Origin: a virus
Virus record (IMG/VR): IMGVR_UViG_3300045988_017993
Direction: 5' to 3' (one strand)
Length of the DNA: 35,705 nt
In this document: piece by piece, positions 16,167 to 23,811 of the stretch
Position numbering within the stretch: the first letter of the stretch is position 1
How the letters are laid out: every line of letters starts with the position of its first letter
Notes under the pieces: generated by a model
Databases searched by the model: none
What the model saw: the letters and a program-made list of their open reading frames with translations, nothing else
Told to the model about the DNA's origin: nothing
Translations under genes and position numbers: made by a program

Positions 16167-16870
16167 AGCGTTTTGAGTATGCAGGACTGACTAAAGAGTT
16201 ACATCAAAGGCTAGTGGTTGAATTTAGCGCATTGAAAGATAAATACCCTAGAAAACTCACTAAATATATAATGGAAACCAAGAAATGCAATAGAATGGAA
16301 GCTAGAAAATATTTTCAAAGGTTTGATAACGTGGTTAAGGAGCGCTCGAAGTTGTCGCCTGTAACGCTGGAAGACATGTGTGAGTATCTTACGAACGGCC
16401 TAGTGAATGACTTACAAGAGTATCTGGCAGAGAACTACTCTGCCAGAAGTGGGTCATGTAAGCCAGATACTAATAAAACTAACGCTGGGCTGACTAAGGA
16501 ACTTTTTCGAGAGCTTCGCAAGGAAATCCAAGAGTTAAGAGCAGCACACCGTAACCGTAACGCAGAATATATTATGGAAGTGAAAGGATGCTCAAAAAAT
16601 CAAGCTCAAACAATCATAACAGCAATTAACACAGTATATACAGAACTTGGAATTTTAACGCCTAGAAAAGTGATACAACTAGAAGGGCTTCTTTCTAGAG
16701 AGCTATTTGGCAAAATAGCTAAATATGTATTTAATAAGTATGAATGGCCTGAAAGCCTAGATAGCGAAGTTGATCGTATCTATTTAGAATATCGCACTCA
16801 AGGTGATTTAGGTCTTGAAAAGGAAAGTGTCAAGCGTGCGCTATATAAAGCGATTTCTATGGGCTTGTAG
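16163..16870 (+). CDS. Hypothetical protein built from two tandem homologous halves (235 aa)
   Basis: GLTKELHQRL...YIMETKKCNRMEA (aa 8..) aligns with GLTKELFREL...YIMEVKGCSKNQA (aa 109..). Start is coupled to the preceding stop by an ATGA overlap. Confidence 0.7.
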   Translation: MKRFEYAGLTKELHQRLVVEFSALKDKYPRKLTKYIMETKKCNRMEARKYFQRFDNVVKERSKLSPVTLEDMCEYLTNGLVNDLQEYLAENYSARSGSCKPDTNKTNAGLTKELFRELRKEIQELRAAHRNRNAEYIMEVKGCSKNQAQTIITAINTVYTELGILTPRKVIQLEGLLSRELFGKIAKYVFNKYEWPESLDSEVDRIYLEYRTQGDLGLEKESVKRALYKAISMGL

Positions 16871-16893
16871 CGGTTCGAATCCGCTATAAGTCA
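16862..16893 (+). ncRNA. tRNA acceptor/T-arm minihelix mimic 1 (not a full tRNA)
   Basis: A 12-bp stem GGCTTGTAGCGG / CCGCTATAAGTC (two G-U pairs) is capped by the canonical T-loop TTCGAAT and followed by an unpaired A. The 12 bp equal a 7-bp acceptor stem plus a 5-bp T stem. It overlaps the stop codon of the upstream ORF. Confidence 0.6.
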
Positions 16894-16962
16894 TTAATTA
16901 CATTAAGTTTGGAGGTGATAACAGCGTAACTGTCGCTATAATTCAAATTCTTTATTCTTGTA

Positions 16963-16993
16963 GCTTGTGAGGGTTCGAATCCCTCGCTAAGCA
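16963..16993 (+). ncRNA. tRNA acceptor/T-arm minihelix mimic 2
   Basis: GCTTGTGAGGG / CCCTCGC(T)AAGC forms 11 bp with a 1-nt bulge, has the same TTCGAAT loop, and is followed by an unpaired A. It shares the 5' motif CTTGTAGC with copy 1. Confidence 0.55.
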
Positions 16994-17046
16994 GTTAGTC
17001 TGTCGTGACTAGGTAATTTTTCGACAAAACGTCAAGCTGACAGACC

Positions 17047-17075
17047 TTGACATAAAAATCCAGTAAATTTATAGA
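17047..17075 (+). promoter_or_regulatory. Promoter (TTGACA, 17-nt spacer, TATAGA) of the late-regulator gene
   Basis: Hexamers at 17047..17052 and 17070..17075. A leader of about 220 nt precedes ATG 17300. Confidence 0.6.
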
Positions 17076-17299
17076 AAAGAGGAAACCAATACATACTTTT
17101 TTTACTCTAGTCTTGCATTGCTGGTAGCAGACTGGAATTTAATCTAAAGGAGGTGGTACAAGACTCAAGAACAAACGCTATTGTCTTTTCATGAAACCTC
17201 TTAATGTTTGTTTCTTGGTTAAAAAACAAAAAAAGACCGACACAATTGCCGGCACTTTATGAAAGTTAACACTACTATTATATCAGAGAGGTTAGTATA

Positions 17300-17716
17300 A
17301 TGCTATTGCCGGAAATTGATGAGAAAGCAACAATCAAACGTTGCAAACGCAAACTTCGAGAATATCCACGCTGGCGAGAGATTGCACACGATAGCGCTGA
17401 ACAGAAAATAACGCAAGAGTTTACGTTTATGCCCCGTGGCACAGGTGGAGTAAATAAGCCAGTTGAAAACATTGCAATTAGGCGAGTTGATGCACTTAAT
17501 GAGTTGGAAGCTATAGAGCAGGCCGTCAGTGGTCTATATCGTCCAGATTATCGTAGGATACTGATAGAAAAATATCTAGAGTTTCCACCCAAACCCAACT
17601 GGCAGATAGCTCAATCAATCGGCTTTGAACGCACTGCATTCCAAGAGCTTTTAAACAACTCTATCCTAGCTTTCGCAGAATTGTATCGTGATGGTCGGTT
17701 AATTGTGGAGCGTTGA
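17300..17716 (+). CDS. ArpU-family late transcriptional regulator (138 aa)
   Basis: N-terminus LPEIDEKATIKRCKRKLREYPRW and C-terminal RRILIEKYL...IAQSIGFERTAF (region-4-like HTH). The gene sits immediately upstream of terS. Confidence 0.75.
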   Translation: MLLPEIDEKATIKRCKRKLREYPRWREIAHDSAEQKITQEFTFMPRGTGGVNKPVENIAIRRVDALNELEAIEQAVSGLYRPDYRRILIEKYLEFPPKPNWQIAQSIGFERTAFQELLNNSILAFAELYRDGRLIVER

Positions 17717-17798
17717 AAAAATGGTATTTTAGCGGAATTTTAACGATCTCTATTAACTGTTTTAAGTGGTATTATTATATTATCGAAGAAGAAAGAAA

Positions 17799-17828
17799 AG
17801 ACGGCTCATTTGTGGGTTGTCTTTTTTT
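17799..17828 (+). terminator. Intrinsic terminator in the leader of the packaging/late operon
   Basis: A 7-bp stem AGACGGC / GTTGTCT (two G-U pairs), a 10-nt loop and a T7 run. It is preceded by an A-rich tract. Confidence 0.6.
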
Positions 17829-17854
17829 GATTAAGTAATGAAGGAGGTGGACAT

Positions 17855-18349
17855 ATTGGGCTAAATCAACGACAGAAAATATTTGCGGATGAATACTTGA
17901 TTTCTGGCATAGCTTACAATGCGGCTCTTAAAGCTGGATATTCTGAAAATTACTCTAAAACTAGAGCTCATAAATTGTTAGAAAATGACAGAATCAAGGC
18001 TTATATCGAAGAACGACTGAAAGATCTTGAAAAGAAGAAAATAGCAAAACAAGACGAAGTTATGCAAGTCTTCACTTCGATTTTACGTCAAGAACTCATG
18101 GAAGAAGTCGTAGAGCTGAACGCCGCTACAGGTCAGTTTGTTAAAACTAAGAAGCCTCCGTCAATCTCCGAAGTCATCAAGGCAGGAAGCGAACTCATGA
18201 AACGCTACCCAACTGAAAAACAAGCTGAGAAGATGCAACTCGAGATCGACAAACTCAAGGCCCAAGTCGGTGGCGATGAGGGTCAAGATGAGAAAATCGC
18301 TGGTTTCCTAAACCTCATCAAAGGAGCTGTAAGCGATGGACTTGAGTAA
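17855..18349 (+). CDS. terS: Terminase small subunit (Terminase_2-like); proposed non-canonical ATT start
   Basis: The frame is open from 17831. The conserved N-terminus GLNQRQKIFADEYLISG lies upstream of the first canonical start (TTG 17897). ATT 17855 lies 5 nt after AAGGAGGTG (17841..17849). Confidence 0.7.
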   Translation: MGLNQRQKIFADEYLISGIAYNAALKAGYSENYSKTRAHKLLENDRIKAYIEERLKDLEKKKIAKQDEVMQVFTSILRQELMEEVVELNAATGQFVKTKKPPSISEVIKAGSELMKRYPTEKQAEKMQLEIDKLKAQVGGDEGQDEKIAGFLNLIKGAVSDGLE

Positions 18350-18986
18350 GCTCTATACCAAGAGACAGTTGGAAGTGCTTAACTATATCTGGAATCACGA
18401 TTGGTTTATCTGTGGGCTTCATGGTGCTAAACGTGCTGGTAAGACTGTAGTTAATAACGACACTTTTGTAACTGAGTTAAGTCGTGTCAGAAAGATTGCT
18501 GACTGTTTAGGTGTAGATGAACCTATCTATATCTTAGCGGGTACGTCTTCAACGTCGATACAGAACAACGTGCTGCAAGAACTTTATAATAAATACGGCT
18601 TTGAACCCAAGTATGATAAGCATGGGTCTTTCGTGTTTTGCGGTGTAAAAGTTGTCCAAGTTTACACTGGTTCAATTAGTGGTCTTAAACGTGCCCGCGG
18701 TTTTACAGCGTTCGGCGCTTATGTTAATGAGGCATCACTTGCTAACGAGTTTGTTTTCAAAGAAATCATCTCACGCTGTTCTGGTGAAGGTGCTCGTGTG
18801 GTTTGGGATAGTAACCCAGATAATCCCAATCACTGGCTTAATCGAGATTATATTGGCAAAAATGACGGAAAGGTTATAGATTTCAGCTTCAAGCTTGATG
18901 ACAATACTTTCTTATCAAAACGCTATATAGACTCTATCAAAGCAGCTACGCCCAAGGGCAAATTCTATGATAGAGATATTTTGGGT
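18336..18986 (+). CDS. terL: Terminase large subunit, exon 1 (ATPase domain, 217 codons)
   Basis: Walker A motif GLHGAKRAGKT. The uninterrupted reading frame ends in 6 unrelated codons plus a stop (19007) inside the intron. Confidence 0.8.
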
Positions 18987-20030
18987 AAACACTTGCCCCG
19001 CTGTTGAGTGATCAGCAGATGAAAAACTGGGTTAAAATTGGAAGGCTAAGTTTTGCAAAACGCACTTTAATATAGTATAGTATAAGATATACTAGGAGTG
19101 CGGACATGAATTTAAAGATATATTCAATCACAAATAAAATTAACAATAATAAGTATATTGGCGTTACAAAAGATTTAGATACGAGAAAAAGAAAGCATTT
19201 TTGGGAGTTAAAAAACAATAGACACTCAAACGAAAAACTCCAAAGAGATTACAATGTTTTTGGGGCTTCTGCTTTCGAGGTCGAAATTCTAGAAGAATTA
19301 AAATACGCCACCAAAAAAGAAGGTTTTAAAAAAGAAGTTTTCTACATTGGGAAATATAATTCTTGCGATGATGGCTATAATATGAGCTACGGTGCTGACG
19401 GAAGTAACTTGTCACAGATAACAGACGATACTCGAGAGAAACATCGTCAAAAAATGTTTGGCAATACTTACTGGCTTGGAAGAAAGCACACCGAGGAAAC
19501 CAAAAAGAAAATCGGTGATGTACATCGTGGAAAAACAGTTAAAGCTTCTACTAGAAAAAAACTATCTGAAAAAGCTAAGGAAAAAACTGGAGAAAAAAAT
19601 CCATTTTATGGCAAACAGCACACAGATAGAACGAAGCTTAAACTTAGGGAAGCACGAAGTAAAAAATGTCGATGTATTGAGACAGGTGTTATCTATAACT
19701 CTGTCAAAGAATGTGCTGAAAAAATGGGGATTCCAAAAGCTCGAACTCATATTAATCAAGTTTGTTTAGGTAAAGCTAGACAAACACACGGATATACTTT
19801 TGAATTTGCAGAATAAGCTAATCAATTACCACTACTGGCAGAAATGTCAGTAAGGTTTAACGACTAGATAAAGTAAGCTAAGTTGAATCGGCATGAGATC
19901 ATGACCGGTTTTTAATATGCCTAAATATCCACGAAATCCAGCTCTCTTAACAAGAGATGAAGAGATAGTCTGAACTTATGGGAAACCATAAGAAGCAGGG
20001 GATAAAGAGCCCTTGCGATAACAAATAATG
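18987..20030 (+). mobile_element. Group I (IA-like) self-splicing intron in terL
   Basis: R-like GTTTAACGACTAGA (19855..19868) and S-like AAGAGATAGTCTGAAC (19960..19975) give P7 pairing GACTA/TAGTC. Two GAAA-capped hairpins are present (19835..19850 and 19975..19992). The 3' end AACAAATAATG resembles T4 td. P1 is GGGT/GCCC. Boundaries are within a few nt. Confidence 0.75.
19106..19816 (+). CDS. GIY-YIG homing endonuclease (I-TevI-like, 236 aa) encoded in the intron
   Basis: The GIY-YIG motif is KIYSITN...KYIGVT. NUMOD3-like repeats are present (HTEETKKKIG, KQHTDRTKLKL), plus a C-terminal IENR1-like HTH. RBS is AGGAG. Confidence 0.85.
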   Translation: MNLKIYSITNKINNNKYIGVTKDLDTRKRKHFWELKNNRHSNEKLQRDYNVFGASAFEVEILEELKYATKKEGFKKEVFYIGKYNSCDDGYNMSYGADGSNLSQITDDTREKHRQKMFGNTYWLGRKHTEETKKKIGDVHRGKTVKASTRKKLSEKAKEKTGEKNPFYGKQHTDRTKLKLREARSKKCRCIETGVIYNSVKECAEKMGIPKARTHINQVCLGKARQTHGYTFEFAE

Positions 20031-20615
20031 AAGTGGACAGTAGCAGAGGGAGCTATCTACGCTGATTATGACAGCAAGATACACGTAGTTGATGAATTGC
20101 CAGATATGAAACGATATTTTGGCGGCATTGACTGGGGTTATACTCACTACGGCTCTATCGTGGTAGTTGGTGAAGGTGTAGATGGCAACTTCTATCTTGT
20201 CGATGGCGTAGCAGCACAATTCAAAGAGATAGACTGGTGGGTAGAACAAGCAAGGAAACTGACTGGCATCTATGGAAACATTCCGTTCTATGCTGATAGT
20301 GCCCGCCCTGAGCACGTAGCAAGATTTGAAAACGAAGGCTTTGATATTAGTAACGCTAACAAGTCAGTAATTGCTGGCATAGAACTTATCGCTAAATTAT
20401 TTAAAGAAGAAAAATTATATGTTAAGCGAGGATTTGTACCTCGCTTTTTCGACGAGATCTATCAGTACCGATGGAAAGAGAACAGCACGAAGGATGAGCC
20501 GTTAAAAGAATTTGATGACGTGCTGGATAGTGTGAGATACGCTATATATTCTGATTATGTCATCAGTAGTACAGAACGAGCAAGCTATGATGACTTGCTT
20601 AGTATGTTTAGTTAG
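20031..20615 (+). CDS. terL: Terminase large subunit, exon 2 (nuclease domain, 194 codons)
   Basis: Splicing joins ...DRDILG to KWTVAEGAIYADYD..., restoring the conserved terminase junction. The predicted product is 411 aa. Confidence 0.75.
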   Translation, partial: KWTVAEGAIYADYDSKIHVVDELPDMKRYFGGIDWGYTHYGSIVVVGEGVDGNFYLVDGVAAQFKEIDWWVEQARKLTGIYGNIPFYADSARPEHVARFENEGFDISNANKSVIAGIELIAKLFKEEKLYVKRGFVPRFFDEIYQYRWKENSTKDEPLKEFDDVLDSVRYAIYSDYVISSTERASYDDLLSMFS

Positions 20616-20620
20616 GAGGA

Positions 20621-22129
20621 ATGATGGAACAGACATTATTTACGGACAGTACTGGACAAGACCTAGTTTTGAACTTACGCTTCCATCGAGAGTCTCGCAT
20701 TCGCTATCGAGCGGATAACTTAGAGGAACTCATGTTTAATAATTGGGAATTGTTGGAAAATTTCATCAATCACCATAAATTGAGACAAGCTCCACGGATT
20801 CAAGAGCTTTTGGATTATGCCAGAGGTGAAAACCACGACATTCTCAAGTCTGGTCGTCGTAAGGATAACGAGATGGCTGATAAACGAGCTGTGCATAACT
20901 ATGGTCGTATGATTAGCAAATTTAAAACAGGTTATTTAGCTGGAAATCCTATCCGTGTCGAATATGACGACAACGAAGATAACTCACAAAACGATGATGC
21001 AATTAAACGCATTGGGCGTATCAACGACATCGATACACACAACCGAAATCTTATCCGAGACTTATCGCAAACTGGTAGAGCTTATGAAGTGATTTATCGA
21101 AGCGAGTATGATGAAACACGCATTAAGCGATTAAGTCCGTTAGAAACATTTGTGATTTATGACAATTCATTAGAAGATAATTCAATCGCAGCTGTCAGAT
21201 ACTACAATCGAGGCACGCTCCAAAGTGAAAAAGATGTAGTTGAAATTTACACAAACGAACACATCTATACGCTTGATGCATCAGATGACTTTAATGAAAT
21301 TTCAGTTTCAACTCATGCATTCGGTACAGTACCAATTACGGAATACTTAAATAATGTTGATGGGATTGGTGATTATGAGACTGAGCTTTACCTGATTGAT
21401 TTATACGACAGTGCAGAGTCTGATACAGCAAACCACATGAGCGATATGGCAGACGCTATACTTGCCATTTATGGAGACCTTGCCTTGCCTAAAGGTATGC
21501 AAGCTAGCGACATGAAACGCACGCGCCTCATGCAGCTTAAACCGCCTAAGTCAGCAGATGGTAAAGAGGGAGCAGTCAAAGCTGAATACCTCACGAAGTC
21601 TTATGACGTGTCTGGTGCAGAAGCATATAAGACACGGTTAAACAGAGATATTCATGTATTTACTAATACGCCTGACATGTCTGATAATCATTTTAGCGGG
21701 AATGCATCTGGTGAAGCGTTGAAATACAAATTGTTTGGGTTAGACCAAGATAGAGTTGATACGCAATCTCAATTTACGCAAGGTTTGAAACGACGCTACC
21801 GTCTTGCTGCTCGTATTGGTTCTTTGGTTAACGAATTTAAGGATTTTGATGAAAGTCTATTGAAAATCACATTCACACCAAACCTTCCAAAATCGTTAAA
21901 TGAGCAAGTATCTATTTTGACAGGCTTGGGTGGTCAAGTTTCGCAAGGAACAGCTCTAAGATTGTCTGGATTGGTTGAAAATCCAACTGAGGAACTCGAC
22001 AAGATAAATAGAGAAGTGTCTGAAATCGATTTTAAGGGGTATTCTAACGACTTTAATGAACACGTAGGCAAATATACCGACGATGTAAAAGAAACGCATA
22101 CAGACGATTTTGAGAGGGTTTATGAATGA
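20621..22129 (+). CDS. Portal protein (502 aa)
   Basis: Size and position directly after terL. SPP1-type portal-like sequence. Start is 20621 or 20624. Confidence 0.8.
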   Translation: MMEQTLFTDSTGQDLVLNLRFHRESRIRYRADNLEELMFNNWELLENFINHHKLRQAPRIQELLDYARGENHDILKSGRRKDNEMADKRAVHNYGRMISKFKTGYLAGNPIRVEYDDNEDNSQNDDAIKRIGRINDIDTHNRNLIRDLSQTGRAYEVIYRSEYDETRIKRLSPLETFVIYDNSLEDNSIAAVRYYNRGTLQSEKDVVEIYTNEHIYTLDASDDFNEISVSTHAFGTVPITEYLNNVDGIGDYETELYLIDLYDSAESDTANHMSDMADAILAIYGDLALPKGMQASDMKRTRLMQLKPPKSADGKEGAVKAEYLTKSYDVSGAEAYKTRLNRDIHVFTNTPDMSDNHFSGNASGEALKYKLFGLDQDRVDTQSQFTQGLKRRYRLAARIGSLVNEFKDFDESLLKITFTPNLPKSLNEQVSILTGLGGQVSQGTALRLSGLVENPTEELDKINREVSEIDFKGYSNDFNEHVGKYTDDVKETHTDDFERVYE

Positions 22130-23019
22130 CATACTGGTCAAAGCGTACCCTTCGCGAGAGAGAAGCGAGCATAAAAAAGGGCGAAGCTGAGTTTAAGAAA
22201 GAACTTGAAGCACTATATAATTTGCAACTCTCACAGCTCCGAAAAGAACTTGATGCTTTTATCCAAAAATATGCTAACAAAAATGGCTTAAGCGTTAGTG
22301 ATGCTAAACGAAAAGCTGACAGCTTTGATGTCAAGGCTTTTGAAACAAAGGCTAAACAGTATGTAGCTGATAAAGATTTTAGTCCAAAGGCAAACAGAGA
22401 GCTTCGAGACTATAACTTTTCTATGTCGGTTGGTCGTCAAGAACTGTTCATTCAAGAATTAGAGCTCGAACTATTAGCTCTATCTGAGAGCGAACGACAA
22501 TTGACCGATGATTATCTTAAGAATGGTTACAAGAGTGAAGTTGCAAGAGAGAGCTTACTTGGCCAGACAGTACCGAGCGGTAAAACTCTTGAAAAGTATA
22601 TGAATACAGCCGTCAATGCAAATTTTGAGGGCGCTAAATGGTCAGAGCGAATCTGGAATAGACAGGAAAAGTTACGAAAATTAGTTAAGAATGAAGTAAC
22701 AAGAGCACTGATTCGAGGCGAAAATGGTTTGACTATTGCGCGTAAAATACGCAAATACATGGATGCTTCTCGTTTCGAAGCTGAACGATTGGGAATCACA
22801 GAGCACGCAAGAGTGCAGACATTGGCTCAACAAGTGATTATGAAAGATAATGGCTTTAAGCGTTTCAAGCTCATGCCAGAATCGATAGCGTGTGACATTT
22901 GCAAGGATATTGGCAAGGAGACGGAAAAGAAGCCTGTCAAAATTGCTGACATGGAAATCGGAACGAATGCTCCACCCATTCACCCATACTGCCGATGTGC
23001 AGTCGTTGAGGTTGAATAG
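22126..23019 (+). CDS. Head morphogenesis / minor capsid protein (SPP1 gp7 / Mu F-like, 297 aa)
   Basis: Position after the portal gene. C-terminal motif CDICKD...PPIHPYCRC. Confidence 0.75.
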   Translation: MTYWSKRTLREREASIKKGEAEFKKELEALYNLQLSQLRKELDAFIQKYANKNGLSVSDAKRKADSFDVKAFETKAKQYVADKDFSPKANRELRDYNFSMSVGRQELFIQELELELLALSESERQLTDDYLKNGYKSEVARESLLGQTVPSGKTLEKYMNTAVNANFEGAKWSERIWNRQEKLRKLVKNEVTRALIRGENGLTIARKIRKYMDASRFEAERLGITEHARVQTLAQQVIMKDNGFKRFKLMPESIACDICKDIGKETEKKPVKIADMEIGTNAPPIHPYCRCAVVEVE

Positions 23020-23210
23020 TGAGTGCACCATGTTTGTTAAGAAACCGTAGAGGGCGAGCCTCTAATGGTGCATAGGGCTATTTTAAGCCCTAAATAAATA
23101 ATACTAGCGTGGCTCGTAAGTGAATACACTAGACAAGACTAGATAAGGAGTAGCTAACCATATCGTGGCTTAGAAGGTGTTTTACATATGAGACTAGATA
23201 GGAGAACAAA

Positions 23211-23792
23211 ATGGAAACAGATAACACAACAGTCGAAACGGTCGAAGATGTAGAAGTAAGCCAAGACGTTGATAACAATCAACCGAGCGACTTCCAAGCG
23301 CCGCAATCACAGTCAGAACTGGATAGCATTGTGAACAAGGCAGTCCAAACTGCTTTGAATAATCATAAGAAGGGCGAAGAGAAACGAGTAAACGAAGCTA
23401 TCGCCAAAGCCTTACAAAAAGAACAAGACTATTCAAAACTATCTGCTGCTGAGCGGGCTAGCAAGGAATTTGAAGACCAAAAAGCAGAATTTGAAAAACA
23501 AGTAGCACAATTTGAGTTTGAAAAACTCAACATGGCAGTCAAAGAAGACCTCGTTTCAAAAGGTCTACCAGTTGAACTAGCTGAAATGTTTAGTCATGCT
23601 GAGAATGCCTCTGAAGCTCTTAAATTGGTTGGTACTTTTGAAAAAGTATTCAATGACGCAGTAGCTGAGAAAGTCAAAGCTACTATCCGTCAAAATACAC
23701 CAAATGCAGCAAGTTTTGGTGGCACTCAGACAGATAACTTCGGAGCTAAACTTGCTAAATCTACGAACGTAACGACTGCTCGTTTTATCTAA
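23211..23792 (+). CDS. Scaffolding protein (193 aa)
   Basis: Acidic, helical, Ala/Glu/Lys-rich. Located upstream of the capsid gene. Confidence 0.7.
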   Translation: METDNTTVETVEDVEVSQDVDNNQPSDFQAPQSQSELDSIVNKAVQTALNNHKKGEEKRVNEAIAKALQKEQDYSKLSAAERASKEFEDQKAEFEKQVAQFEFEKLNMAVKEDLVSKGLPVELAEMFSHAENASEALKLVGTFEKVFNDAVAEKVKATIRQNTPNAASFGGTQTDNFGAKLAKSTNVTTARFI

Positions 23793-23811
23793 AGCAGAAA
23801 GGAAATTTTAA

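Noticed and set aside
16800-16993. Full-length tRNA genes around the two GGTTCGAATCC T-loops
   Set aside because: No complementary 5' acceptor strand (GACTTAT or GCTTAGC) lies about 65 nt upstream. The candidate anticodon arm for copy 2 does not pair and has a pyrimidine at position 37. The 5' strands pair locally instead, giving minihelices.
19947-20315. A 122-aa minus-strand ORF spanning the intron/exon-2 junction of terL
   Set aside because: It has no RBS, lies antisense to the conserved terminase nuclease domain and intron core, and has a hydrophobic, low-complexity translation.
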